In this document: positions 27,009 through 35,901 of the stretch, piece after piece
Layout: each line of letters starts with the position of its first letter
Numbering within the stretch: the first letter of the stretch is position 1
Origin: a virus
IMG/VR virus record: IMGVR_UViG_3300021426_000096
Direction: 5' to 3' (one strand)
Length of the DNA stretch: 64,000 nucleotides
Program-made: the position numbers and the translations under genes
The notes under the pieces: model-generated
The model's database searches: none
Told to the model about the DNA's origin: nothing
The model's input: the letters and a program-made list of their open reading frames with translations, nothing else

Positions 27009-27010
27009 GT

Positions 27011-27451
27011 ATGAAGAGAAAAGAATATCATGAAATCTATGGCTTTCTGCCGGATTACATTGTTGACCGGTTCACTGAGTTTGACAAGCGTCGACTATTC
27101 ATTGAATGGTTGATGAGAAAACCCACTGCCACTGGTTGGTTCATCACCCGCAGTGTCGTCACCGCACTGGGAGATGGGTTTGTGGACTACATTCTGAAAG
27201 GGATCGTGAGTGACCTTGTTGAGGAAGGTACTCCTGTCACAAAGGAAACCCTTGTAGAGGAGCTCTCCACTATGATGGAGCATTTTGCTTCTGATTCCAA
27301 CTCCCTGGAAGAGTATGTCAGACTCTACAGGACTGAAGTACTGGGTCTGGATGACTATGACTTCAGTGAAGAGGCGGAAGAGAAGGAAAAGGAATCTAAC
27401 CATCCCAAGCAGCCGAGAGATTCCAATGGTCGTTTTGTAAAATCCAAGTAA
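27011..27451 (+). CDS. hypothetical protein
   Basis: 146-aa ORF. Confidence 0.5.
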   Translation: MKRKEYHEIYGFLPDYIVDRFTEFDKRRLFIEWLMRKPTATGWFITRSVVTALGDGFVDYILKGIVSDLVEEGTPVTKETLVEELSTMMEHFASDSNSLEEYVRLYRTEVLGLDDYDFSEEAEEKEKESNHPKQPRDSNGRFVKSK

Positions 27452-27454
27452 CTA

Positions 27455-27624
27455 TGAGTGACGATAAACTGATGAGAGTTCTCATCTTCATCCTTTGCTT
27501 TATGGTGAATGTTGTTCTCATGCTCACCATCCTTACAGGAATGCCTCTCCTTGGTCAGTTTGGAATCCTGATCATTGTTGACTTTGTTATCTATGGTCTG
27601 TCATATAAAGCAGAGATCTTATGA
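27455..27624 (+). CDS. small membrane protein (56 aa)
   Basis: MSDDKLMRVLIFILCFMVNVVLMLTILTGMPLLGQFGILIIVDFVIYG; below the track cut-off. Confidence 0.3.
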
Positions 27625-27896
27625 AGAATAAGTATCGAATCATCAAGATCTGGACAGACACTGTTGACCCTCTCACCAAGCAGGTCACTTCTTCTGACCC
27701 TATGTATGTTGTCCAGTACAAAAACTTCTGGTCACTGGGTAAGTGGAAGGATATGATGGATCTGGATGAGGACATCTTCTACTTCAATTACTTTGATGAT
27801 CTTGTGATGGCCAAGATTGCGCTTGAAGATTATCTTCGTAGGCGCAGATCTACCAAGATGGACAATTGTGAAACTGTGTATACTTTTGAAGAGTAG
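27621..27896 (+). CDS. hypothetical protein
   Basis: 91-aa ORF. Confidence 0.45.
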   Translation: MKNKYRIIKIWTDTVDPLTKQVTSSDPMYVVQYKNFWSLGKWKDMMDLDEDIFYFNYFDDLVMAKIALEDYLRRRRSTKMDNCETVYTFEE

Positions 27897-27902
27897 CAGA
27901 TC

Positions 27903-28442
27903 ATGAAATTGACAGACAAATATGTGTTCTTCTGGAAGGAACATCCGATGTGCAACTTCACCAAATGTAAGATAAGACTAGATGACCCGTATTTTGTAGC
28001 CCAAGATGAGGATCCACTAGAGTTCACATCTAGTGAGCAGTTGTTTATGTGGTTCAAGGCCAAGTACTTCAAGGATGAGGAGACAGCAGAGAAGATCTAC
28101 AAGAGTTCCTCTCCAGAGGAGGCCAGGCAACTGGGCAGACTGGTCAAGAATTATGATGACAGTAAGTGGGATGGAGTCAGAGTCTATTATATGAGGAAGG
28201 CAGTGACCTATAAGTTCCATCAGAACCCTAATCTCCAGGAGAAGCTCCTTGATGAGAAGTATGCTGGCAAGATGTTTGTTGAAGCTGCATACTATGACAA
28301 AATCTGGGGAATTGGGTTCAATGAGAATGAAGCGATAGGTAACGAGCAGAGATGGGGTCGCAATGAACTGGGCAAGATTCTGACAGCAGTCAGAAATACA
28401 CTGAAGTTGATGAAGGAATCAGGGAAATTTCCAAAAGTCTGA
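27903..28442 (+). CDS. NADAR (YbiA-like) domain protein
   Basis: Aligns with E. coli YbiA: F..C...FTSSEQLFMWFKAKYFKDEETAEKI..SSSPEEARQLGRLV..W...R...M..A...KF.QNPNL.EKLL.T....VEA...DKIWGIG......G.N.LGKIL..VR. Confidence 0.7.
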   Translation: MKLTDKYVFFWKEHPMCNFTKCKIRLDDPYFVAQDEDPLEFTSSEQLFMWFKAKYFKDEETAEKIYKSSSPEEARQLGRLVKNYDDSKWDGVRVYYMRKAVTYKFHQNPNLQEKLLDEKYAGKMFVEAAYYDKIWGIGFNENEAIGNEQRWGRNELGKILTAVRNTLKLMKESGKFPKV

Positions 28443-28490
28443 AAATCAAATTTCTATAAATACTATATATCCAAGATCTGTAATTAAATT

Positions 28491-29288
28491 ATGATGACTA
28501 TTGAGAATGCCATTAACAGACTGGAAGATATAGTATCAGGCTGTTACAAGAAGAAGTTCCCTAAATCAAAACTCAGAAGGAACACCGAAGAAGCAGTCAA
28601 GCTGATCAGGTTTGACTTTATGACTATGTCCAGGATTAACAATCCAAATGTGAAACTGGAATCCTTTACCAAGATAGTGGACATTGTCCTGGATGACACC
28701 CTGATGGCATCCAACAGTTCCCTGACTTACAAGGAGTACTGTAAGAACAAGGCTGAATCACACACCATCATGAAATACCCTGATGTCATTGATGAGTGTA
28801 TCAATTGTTGTGATGTAATTCAGAAGAGAATCTCTGAAGGAGCAGACATCATCAAGAATGACACAATGTCTGTCCAGAAGTTGTCCAAGAAGTATTACCA
28901 CAAGTACCTTTACTTCAAAGATGATCTTATCGGTTCACAGTATGTGTGGGTCAAGAACATCCACCTTGATGAGGAGGGTCACTTCCAGATTGATGGTGTC
29001 ATGCTTTACACTGATATCCAGAAGAGTATCTTTGGCTTAAAGGAGATAGAGAACTTCCCTGTTGAGGACTTCAATGACTTTGGAGATCCAAAGAATCCCT
29101 TCACCAAGTGTGAATACCTGGATGAAGCACTCAAGCAACCAATTGACAGGAGATTGAAGAGTCATATCGTCACACTTGATGAGGTAGCAGAAGACATATT
29201 GTTTGTCTTCACCTTGTTCAATGATATCCATCTTCCTCCGATGGGTAATCTGTTGAAGAGTATTAGGTCACATCAAAATTATAAGTAA
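28491..29288 (+). CDS. hypothetical protein
   Basis: 265-aa ORF. Confidence 0.5.
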   Translation: MMTIENAINRLEDIVSGCYKKKFPKSKLRRNTEEAVKLIRFDFMTMSRINNPNVKLESFTKIVDIVLDDTLMASNSSLTYKEYCKNKAESHTIMKYPDVIDECINCCDVIQKRISEGADIIKNDTMSVQKLSKKYYHKYLYFKDDLIGSQYVWVKNIHLDEEGHFQIDGVMLYTDIQKSIFGLKEIENFPVEDFNDFGDPKNPFTKCEYLDEALKQPIDRRLKSHIVTLDEVAEDILFVFTLFNDIHLPPMGNLLKSIRSHQNYK

Positions 29289-29561
29289 ATGAAAGCATAT
29301 CGTATTATTCGTAATGAGCATGAGAATGGGAAATCAACCTGGGGACTTCAGAAGCTGAAGAAATCCTGGTTGACTGGTAAAGATTACTGGGTCAATTATT
29401 GGTCAGACTCCTGGGAGTATGGTTGGTGCAGATCCGCTGACAAAGCTACTAGGTTCTGTACAGAAGAGGCTGCAATGAAAGTGCTCAATGATTTTCTAGG
29501 ATGTCTAGGCTGGGACATCACCAAAACTACTGTGGTGAAGGAATTCAAATATGAAGAGTAA
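29289..29561 (+). CDS. hypothetical protein
   Basis: 90-aa ORF. Confidence 0.45.
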   Translation: MKAYRIIRNEHENGKSTWGLQKLKKSWLTGKDYWVNYWSDSWEYGWCRSADKATRFCTEEAAMKVLNDFLGCLGWDITKTTVVKEFKYEE

Positions 29562-30351
29562 TATCAATACACTGATTATCCCTGATGTTCATGGCCGGAG
29601 CTTCTGGATGGATCCTGTGGTTGAGGTACTGGCCAATACTGATGCCAAGATTGTCTTCCTAGGAGATTACCTGGACCCGTATCCTGATGAGTGGGAAGAT
29701 GGTGTGGATTACAGGAGAGTCTCCATCCAACGTCTAGAGCAGATTCTTGAGCTCAAGAGACTTCACCTAGGGAGAATCGTTCTGTTGATTGGGAATCATG
29801 ATTGTGGATACTGTATCGGAGATGACATCTGTTCATCCAGGATGGACAGAAGGAATGCAAAAGAGATTGGTATCCTGTTTGAGGAGAATCAGGATCTGTT
29901 CCAATTGGCAGAGGAGACTGACATTGCAGGAAAGCACTTCATCTTCAGTCATGCCGGCATCCTGAAGGGTTGGGCTGACCGGGTCTGGGGTGAAGATGAG
30001 GTAGCAGGTCCTGCATTCAATGTGGTTGAGGAACTCAATGAGGCATGGAGGAGACAATCCTATGGAATCCTGAATTCCCTCGGCGATTACGATAGGTATC
30101 GTGGTTGGGGTGGATACCAGTATGGGTCACCAGTGTGGTCAGACATCAGATCCTGGATCTATGTGAAACCAGAGGATACATTTGGATACAATATTGTGGG
30201 TCATACCCAGTGTGGGTCACCGGTCATCCTGGACACCATTGCAGATCTGGACTGTAGAAAAGTATTCTATATAGATGACCAGGGTGAGATCAGAGACTTC
30301 ATCTCCGGAGAGAAGCAAGAGATGGGTGACCTGAAACCAGATGAATTCTGA
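29551..30351 (+). CDS. calcineurin-like metallophosphoesterase (PP-lambda / ApaH-like)
   Basis: IIPDVHGR (GDxHG), VFLGDYLD (GDxxD), LLIGNHD (GNHD/E). Confidence 0.65.
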   Translation: MKSNINTLIIPDVHGRSFWMDPVVEVLANTDAKIVFLGDYLDPYPDEWEDGVDYRRVSIQRLEQILELKRLHLGRIVLLIGNHDCGYCIGDDICSSRMDRRNAKEIGILFEENQDLFQLAEETDIAGKHFIFSHAGILKGWADRVWGEDEVAGPAFNVVEELNEAWRRQSYGILNSLGDYDRYRGWGGYQYGSPVWSDIRSWIYVKPEDTFGYNIVGHTQCGSPVILDTIADLDCRKVFYIDDQGEIRDFISGEKQEMGDLKPDEF

Positions 30352-30353
30352 AT

Positions 30354-30370
30354 GCGATGGCGAACTGCGA
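30354..30370 (+). repeat. RCGA-triplet intergenic motif (GCGA-tg-GCGA-act-GCGA)
   Basis: After the 30351 stop. Confidence 0.7.
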
Positions 30371-30374
30371 AAAA

Positions 30375-30406
30375 ACAGTGAACTGAAATTCACTGTTTTT
30401 TTTTTG
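30375..30406 (+). terminator. rho-independent terminator
   Basis: CAGTGAActgaaaTTCACTG followed by T11. Confidence 0.65.
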
Positions 30407-30424
30407 TAAAAAAGTGCAAAAAAA

Positions 30425-30456
30425 TTTGGTGGTTTCAAATAATTGTTGTATCTTTG
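30425..30456 (+). promoter_or_regulatory. Bacteroidetes-type promoter repeat
   Basis: AAATTTGGTGG...TTGTATCTTTGTAATGG. Confidence 0.6.
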
Positions 30457-30482
30457 TAATGGAAACAAAAAACAACAACACC

Positions 30483-30959
30483 ATGAAACCCAAAGATGTC
30501 AATCTCCTTATTGAGGAACTGAACTCTAAGATCAATCATTATGTTTATGAGCATGATCTCTTTGCAGGAGGATGCTGCTTCTCTGCCTATGCTCTTGCCA
30601 AGAATCTCCAGAGACTGGGAATCAAGTATAGGGTTGTCATTTTCCAGTATAAGGAAATCCTCAATGAGAGAGTCTTCACCAATGCCATCAATGGTTCTGG
30701 TGTATCCCATGTGGGTATTGAGGTGACCTATAAACATAGGAAAGTGATTATTGGTGATTGTTCTAACATCTACCGCTACTTCTACTTCACTGATGAGAAG
30801 TACAAGGTCAGGAAGTACTCTGACATCACCCCTGAAGAAATCCTGGAAGGTTATCAGAACAATGAGTGGAACTGGTGCTATGACAGAGCCTATAATGGTC
30901 CTCTGATGAGGGACATCAATCGCATTGTAGATCGTTTTATGAAAGAACACATTAAATAA
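30483..30959 (+). CDS. hypothetical protein
   Basis: Start at MKPKDV after the promoter; the track start is GTG inside the promoter. Confidence 0.5.
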   Translation: MKPKDVNLLIEELNSKINHYVYEHDLFAGGCCFSAYALAKNLQRLGIKYRVVIFQYKEILNERVFTNAINGSGVSHVGIEVTYKHRKVIIGDCSNIYRYFYFTDEKYKVRKYSDITPEEILEGYQNNEWNWCYDRAYNGPLMRDINRIVDRFMKEHIK

Positions 30960-30967
30960 GAAAATAT

Positions 30968-31204
30968 ATGAAAGCCTTTAATCTTGTAGGAATCGATGGA
31001 AATGCCTTCTCTGTGATGGGTTATGTACAGAGGGCGATGAGAACTGCTAAATTCTCCCAGGAGGAGAGAGACCAGTATCTCGCAGATGCGCAATCGTCAG
31101 ACTATAACCATCTTCTGTGTGTATCTGTGGAGATGGTTGAGAAAGTGAATAAGAAGCTCCGCCAGGAAGGTAAGATTGATGAAGAAGAAGAGGAGGAATG
31201 GTAA
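30968..31204 (+). CDS. hypothetical protein
   Basis: 78-aa ORF. Confidence 0.45.
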   Translation: MKAFNLVGIDGNAFSVMGYVQRAMRTAKFSQEERDQYLADAQSSDYNHLLCVSVEMVEKVNKKLRQEGKIDEEEEEEW

Positions 31205-31356
31205 TATGAAAGTTTACAACCAATCTGCTTTTATCCCGGACTTCCCTATCTGCATCAGTTCTTCCCACAGTAACATCTCCATGACATTGCAGGATGCCAA
31301 GAATCTGGCAGATCAGTTGAGAGAAGTAATCAATGACATTGAAAAGAAAAAGTAAT

Positions 31357-31563
31357 ATGACACAGAAAGAATTAGATAAATGGTTCAACAGCCTGGACTC
31401 CTTTGAGGTTGCCGAAATCTTCCCCAGTCTCTATGAAGAGGTGATGGAATCTGCTGATCCGGAAAGGAGTGACATCAACCACTTTGTCAAGGAGGCAAAA
31501 TCTGATTGGAAGGGTATGACCAAGGAGGAGAAGGAAAAGTATTACCATCTAGTGGAGGGTTAA
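31357..31563 (+). CDS. hypothetical protein
   Basis: Start at MTQKELDKW. Confidence 0.4.
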   Translation: MTQKELDKWFNSLDSFEVAEIFPSLYEEVMESADPERSDINHFVKEAKSDWKGMTKEEKEKYYHLVEG

Positions 31564-31581
31564 CAAAATCAATTTTATATA

Positions 31582-31848
31582 ATGGAAGTAAATTATATCA
31601 TACAACACCCTAACACCTGGATCCACCTTGGTGAGGTATCTGTGTACAACCACAACTACTACAGGAATCTTTCCACCGGTGAAACCATCCTGGAAGAGTG
31701 CAATGATGATGACCTGTTTGACTACTATCTAGTAGATGAGAACCTGAAAATCATCAGGTATCTAGGATCATATCTTTTCTATGAGTATGAGGAAGATGGT
31801 TGGATCTGGAATGGTTGTAGGGACATTCAATTGCATGAGGTGACCTAA
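31582..31848 (+). CDS. hypothetical protein
   Basis: 88-aa ORF. Confidence 0.45.
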   Translation: MEVNYIIQHPNTWIHLGEVSVYNHNYYRNLSTGETILEECNDDDLFDYYLVDENLKIIRYLGSYLFYEYEEDGWIWNGCRDIQLHEVT

Positions 31849-31851
31849 TAT

Positions 31852-31868
31852 GCGATAGCGAAGTGCGA
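31852..31868 (+). repeat. RCGA-triplet intergenic motif (GCGA-ta-GCGA-agt-GCGA)
   Basis: After the 31848 stop. Confidence 0.7.
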
Positions 31869-31902
31869 TGGTCTGAAATTCACTGAAAAAAGTGTAAATA
31901 AA

Positions 31903-31934
31903 TTTGGTAGTCTCATTTTTTTATTGTATCTTTG
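31903..31934 (+). promoter_or_regulatory. Bacteroidetes-type promoter repeat
   Basis: TTTG 31903-31906, TATCTTTG 31927-31934. Confidence 0.6.
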
Positions 31935-31957
31935 TAATAGGAAAAGAGAACAAGACT

Positions 31958-32368
31958 ATGTCCAAGTACAGCAGAACCCTGAAGAAAAAAGAACAGCTCA
32001 AACAGTTAAGGATTGAGAATCGTCGTTATGCTATGGAGAAGAAGGCAAAGATGTCTTCCATCAAGAATATCAAAGATGTGAGATCCAATCTGGATACCTT
32101 CCTTCTCTGGTGTGATGAATGTACGAACAACCAACTGTTCTATTATGATGGAATCCTTTCCTGCATGGGTTCTGATGGAATTGACCTTAATGAAAACAGA
32201 GTAGGACATGCTCCCATCAACAATCCTGTTGCCGTAGATACTGAACTCCAGGAAGAAGGATACTATGAAGATGACGAGGTGATGCTGGGACAATTTGATT
32301 ATCATGCTCCCAAGATCCACTACCTGGAATGGTTCAATAAGAAGTTCAATACCAACTATCAAAAATAA
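31958..32368 (+). CDS. hypothetical protein
   Basis: Start at MSKYSRTLKKK after the promoter. Confidence 0.5.
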   Translation: MSKYSRTLKKKEQLKQLRIENRRYAMEKKAKMSSIKNIKDVRSNLDTFLLWCDECTNNQLFYYDGILSCMGSDGIDLNENRVGHAPINNPVAVDTELQEEGYYEDDEVMLGQFDYHAPKIHYLEWFNKKFNTNYQK

Positions 32369-32549
32369 TGATTATGGATAAGAATGAACTTACTTGGATG
32401 GATCTCCAAATCATTGATGACATTCTTTGTGATATGGGGAAAGAGGGTCCGGAGTTATTTAATAAGCTTGGAGGTAATATGAACTATTACAAGGAGGTCC
32501 TCCGTAGGTTCAATGAACAAAAGAATAAAGAAAATAAATCGTAATCGCT

Positions 32550-32867
32550 ATGAACAGATATGTAATGGGATACTCCCAAGCAGATGGATGTAACATTATT
32601 GTCTTTGCTGATTCACAGGAAGAGGCAGAAGTCAAGTATGAGAATGGTGAGTTCACCCTTGAAGATGAAGAACCGGCTGATGAAGGCATTGATGTGGAAG
32701 ACCGTGTGGTCAGGGTCAACTGGGACACTGATGGGGAATCCCCCGAAGAGTGTGGTCTTCCTGAAGAGGTGACCATCCCCTGGTGGGTTCCTGATGAAGG
32801 AGTGGCAGACTATTGCTCCGACATCTATGGATACTGTGTTGAATCCTGGTTTAATGTGGAGGGCTAA
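32550..32867 (+). CDS. acidic hypothetical protein
   Basis: 105-aa, Asp/Glu-rich. Confidence 0.45.
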   Translation: MNRYVMGYSQADGCNIIVFADSQEEAEVKYENGEFTLEDEEPADEGIDVEDRVVRVNWDTDGESPEECGLPEEVTIPWWVPDEGVADYCSDIYGYCVESWFNVEG

Positions 32868-32871
32868 GACT

Positions 32872-33102
32872 ATGGCAAAGAAGAAGAAATCTGCAATGGA
32901 CGCCTATTGGGATGACATTGCAACCCTGGCCAAGTTGAGAGAGAAGATGTCTCCAGACAGGGAGATCTCCATCCCGGTGAGTCTGGCAGAAGACATCTGC
33001 CAATACTGTGAGAGTATGGCGATATACGACAAGCTCGCAGAGTATGGTGACTTCTACTACAAGTTGAAGATGATACTTGAAGAGAGTGACACTAAAGAAT
33101 AG
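32872..33102 (+). CDS. hypothetical protein
   Basis: Start at MAKKKKSAMD. Confidence 0.4.
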   Translation: MAKKKKSAMDAYWDDIATLAKLREKMSPDREISIPVSLAEDICQYCESMAIYDKLAEYGDFYYKLKMILEESDTKE

Positions 33103-33108
33103 ATCAAT

Positions 33109-33462
33109 ATGAGACACCCTAAAGTTTTCCATTGCAGGACCACCAAGACTGGTCCGACCACACCGGTGACAGTGAGGTTCACCAAGTACTCAAACAACAA
33201 CACCCTGGCAGTTCAACTGATCTGTGCCAAGGCTCCCTGGGAAACCTATGTCACCATCACTGTGAACCTGGGTGGATCTAATCCTTTTGCTGGTATGCAG
33301 TCTGATAAGAAAGCCTTTGTGGACACCAACAACTGTCCCTGGGTGAAGGAGTTCCTGGAAGACAACCATATTGCCAAATTCACTGGTTGGTCAGCACCTT
33401 CAGGATTCTGTGACTATCCTCTGTATGAGTTCTTCCCTGATGCAGTCTGGGAAGAGAAGTAG
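33109..33462 (+). CDS. hypothetical protein
   Basis: 117-aa ORF followed by a terminator. Confidence 0.5.
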   Translation: MRHPKVFHCRTTKTGPTTPVTVRFTKYSNNNTLAVQLICAKAPWETYVTITVNLGGSNPFAGMQSDKKAFVDTNNCPWVKEFLEDNHIAKFTGWSAPSGFCDYPLYEFFPDAVWEEK

Positions 33463-33482
33463 ATCTGACGTTCTGTCATCTC

Positions 33483-33517
33483 ACCACCTGACATTCTGTC
33501 GGGTGGTTTTTTTTTTG
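33483..33517 (+). terminator. rho-independent terminator
   Basis: CCACCtgacattctgtcGGGTGG followed by T10. Confidence 0.6.
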
Positions 33518-33551
33518 TTTTCCTGAAGTTCACCGAAAAAGTAAAAATAAA

Positions 33552-33583
33552 TTTGGAAAAATCAGAATGCTTTCTTTCCTTTG
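33552..33583 (+). promoter_or_regulatory. degenerate promoter-repeat copy with no ORF downstream
   Basis: TTTG 33552-33555, TTCCTTTG 33576-33583 (TA changed to TT); followed within 80 bp by another RCGA motif and a full promoter. Confidence 0.35.
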
Positions 33584-33672
33584 TAATAGAAAACATCAAA
33601 AAATATATACAACTTCCAACTGCGCTGACGATTGCGATAACCTGAAATTCACTGACAAAAAGTACAAAAAAA

Positions 33673-33704
33673 TTTGGTAGTTTAAAAAAAATGTTGTATC
33701 TTTG
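33673..33704 (+). promoter_or_regulatory. Bacteroidetes-type promoter repeat
   Basis: TTTG 33673-33676, TATCTTTG 33697-33704. Confidence 0.6.
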
Positions 33705-33736
33705 TAACAGAAAGAAATATTGTAAGAACAACTAAT

Positions 33737-34024
33737 ATGAACAAGATCCAGAATATCTGTAAGATGATGGAGGATGCCGGTCTACCGTTTGTGGATTTCT
33801 TTTACCACAAAACCAAGCCCACCATCCAGAAAGAGGGAATCAAATATAAAATCCTCTCCATTGACGATAATGAGGATGGTCGCATTCGCATCACTGGAAC
33901 TCCCAATTATGGTTGGTGCACCCAGACCTTGTATATGGATGAGACCTGGAACAAGAAGACCATTGACAAGATCACCAGACTGGTGAGGGAACAGTCTTAC
34001 AAGACAACTAATATTAATGACTAA
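33737..34024 (+). CDS. hypothetical protein
   Basis: 95-aa ORF. Confidence 0.5.
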   Translation: MNKIQNICKMMEDAGLPFVDFFYHKTKPTIQKEGIKYKILSIDDNEDGRIRITGTPNYGWCTQTLYMDETWNKKTIDKITRLVREQSYKTTNIND

Positions 34025-34035
34025 TCGCTATCGCT

Positions 34036-34254
34036 ATGAGAAAGATACTCTACTTGTTATTTGGGAAACCCAAGTACTACTATAACCCGACTCTGACCAA
34101 GGGTGATGGAGAGGATCCATTGTATATGGTCACTGCCTGTGAGTACTGGAGGGGAAAGAAGAGACCCGTCAAAGCCTTTGCTGGAAGGAATCCCATCAAG
34201 ATCCTCACCAAGGTCAGAGGATATGTTGACCGTATGAACCAAGATGTGAAATGA
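34036..34254 (+). CDS. hypothetical protein
   Basis: 72-aa ORF. Confidence 0.45.
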   Translation: MRKILYLLFGKPKYYYNPTLTKGDGEDPLYMVTACEYWRGKKRPVKAFAGRNPIKILTKVRGYVDRMNQDVK

Positions 34255-34688
34255 CAGACATCAACATCAAGAATCAGGTTGACCATCCTGTAATGGTTCT
34301 CCATCTCCTGGAAAGAGAGGATCTGGAATCCTTGAAGACCCAGCAGCTGATAGACATGCTCCGGTATGAGAAGATCCAATATGGAGGAGACTATGACTTC
34401 TGTGACCAGGTCTATGACAATGGATACAATACGCTCCAGTACAGGATGACAGAGTATGGACAGTATACCAGGGAGGAAGTCCAGCAGTACAGCAACTATG
34501 TTGAGGTGAAGAATTACCAGGAGAGCTCAGCCCTGTTGGAGTTCACTTATGCTGACAGGAATCAACTGAAAGAGATCCTCAAGAGTAGACCCCACATCCC
34601 TAACAAGATGGAGAGGAAGAATCTGACCCGGATGGAGATCCAGAAGAGTAAGGGTAAGACCAAGAGGAATATGAAATACAAACGATAA
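34251..34688 (+). CDS. hypothetical protein
   Basis: 145-aa ORF. Confidence 0.5.
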   Translation: MTDINIKNQVDHPVMVLHLLEREDLESLKTQQLIDMLRYEKIQYGGDYDFCDQVYDNGYNTLQYRMTEYGQYTREEVQQYSNYVEVKNYQESSALLEFTYADRNQLKEILKSRPHIPNKMERKNLTRMEIQKSKGKTKRNMKYKR

Positions 34689-34697
34689 CGATCGACG
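34681..34697 (+). repeat. RCGA-triplet intergenic motif (ACGA-ta-ACGA-tcg-ACGA)
   Basis: Spans the 34688 stop. Confidence 0.65.
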
Positions 34698-34699
34698 AT

Positions 34700-35116
34700 A
34701 TGGACATTAATGAAATCAGGCAGCGCATTGCAGAACTGGCCAAGGAAAAGGAACTCCTGGAAGGGAATCTCCAGGAAGCAATGGTCAATGCCATCCAGGA
34801 GATTGCCAAAGAGAATCCATATGATATCAAGAAGACATCAGGGTTCAAGATGATGACCATCTCCTCATCCCAACTAGCATCCAAACCCTGGTCTATGGAC
34901 TTCTTTGATTGGGAATCATCTGCGGCTGCGGTTCTGAAGTACCTGGAGAAGACACCCATCACCAACTGGAAGAAGAAGTTGGAGGAACTCCTGGAAACCA
35001 AGGGAGATGTAATTGAACTCAAGAGAAGAGGAACTGGTATCCTGGGATACAAAGGGATTGTCCAGCAGACACTCATTGACAGGAGGTTCATTGAGAAGAT
35101 TATTGAGAGGATATAA
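34700..35116 (+). CDS. hypothetical protein
   Basis: 138-aa ORF. Confidence 0.5.
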   Translation: MDINEIRQRIAELAKEKELLEGNLQEAMVNAIQEIAKENPYDIKKTSGFKMMTISSSQLASKPWSMDFFDWESSAAAVLKYLEKTPITNWKKKLEELLETKGDVIELKRRGTGILGYKGIVQQTLIDRRFIEKIIERI

Positions 35117-35120
35117 TCTG

Positions 35121-35137
35121 ACGACTGCGACATACGA
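35121..35137 (+). repeat. RCGA-triplet intergenic motif (ACGA-ct-GCGA-cat-ACGA)
   Basis: After the 35116 stop. Confidence 0.7.
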
Positions 35138-35170
35138 AATCTGAAATCCACTGAAAAAAGTTAAAATAAA

Positions 35171-35202
35171 TTTGGTGGTTTCAGATTTTTGTTGTATCTT
35201 TG
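35171..35202 (+). promoter_or_regulatory. Bacteroidetes-type promoter repeat
   Basis: TTTG 35171-35174, TATCTTTG 35195-35202. Confidence 0.6.
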
Positions 35203-35222
35203 TAATAGAAAAAGAGAGCAAT

Positions 35223-35402
35223 ATGAAACCCCAGAAGATAACCTGCACAGATTGCATCAACAAGTATTCTTGCCAAATGGGATTTCCTGCAAAACTCTGT
35301 CCTTACTTTGTTGGTAAGAAAGAAACATCTATTGATGAAAAAGTTGCCATCAGAAAAGAAGTTCAGAGGTTCAGGAAAAAAGTTGCAAAAATGTACAAAT
35401 AA
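35223..35402 (+). CDS. Cys-rich zinc-finger small protein
   Basis: CTDCINKYSCQ...CPYF; start after the promoter. Confidence 0.45.
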   Translation: MKPQKITCTDCINKYSCQMGFPAKLCPYFVGKKETSIDEKVAIRKEVQRFRKKVAKMYK

Positions 35403-35403
35403 A

Positions 35404-35435
35404 TTTGGTAGATTAGAAAAAATGTTGTATCTTTG
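35404..35435 (+). promoter_or_regulatory. Bacteroidetes-type promoter repeat, abutting the upstream stop codon
   Basis: TTTG 35404-35407, TATCTTTG 35428-35435. Confidence 0.6.
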
Positions 35436-35481
35436 TATCAGAAACAAGATAGATAATTAAACAAAATAAAAACCTACAATT

Positions 35482-35901
35482 ATGAGACACATCAGTACCA
35501 AGACTTCTGCCCGTTCCCCCAGAGCTAACTCCACCTTCAAGACCAGTGAGTCCAGAGAGACTTACAGGATGGTTGAGGAGATTCTTGACATTCTGACCAA
35601 GCAGGGCTTCAATGGGAAGTACCTCTCCACCAAGACCATTGTCAAGAGTGGTACCAGGAGAGGTTATTGCAGACCTTACTATGATGATGAGCGCATTGCT
35701 TGTGCCCACCCCTACTACAAGATCCTGTCAGAGATGACTGACCCTCAGTCTGTCCACTTTGTGAACAATCTGGAAGAGATTGAGACTGACAATGTGCTGC
35801 GCTATCGTCTTCGCACTGATGTGGTGAGGTCTTCCAAGACTGGCAACTGGAAGAGAGTGAGAGGATGTGAGAAGTTTTATGGACTTCCTGACAACAGGTA
35901 G
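35482..35901 (+). CDS. hypothetical basic protein
   Basis: 139-aa ORF; its stop TAG lies inside the first CTGACAACAGG repeat. Confidence 0.5.
   Translation: MRHISTKTSARSPRANSTFKTSESRETYRMVEEILDILTKQGFNGKYLSTKTIVKSGTRRGYCRPYYDDERIACAHPYYKILSEMTDPQSVHFVNNLEEIETDNVLRYRLRTDVVRSSKTGNWKRVRGCEKFYGLPDNR

Noticed and set aside
30435-30950. 171-aa antisense ORF opposite 30483..30959
   Set aside because: The + strand gene follows a promoter cassette
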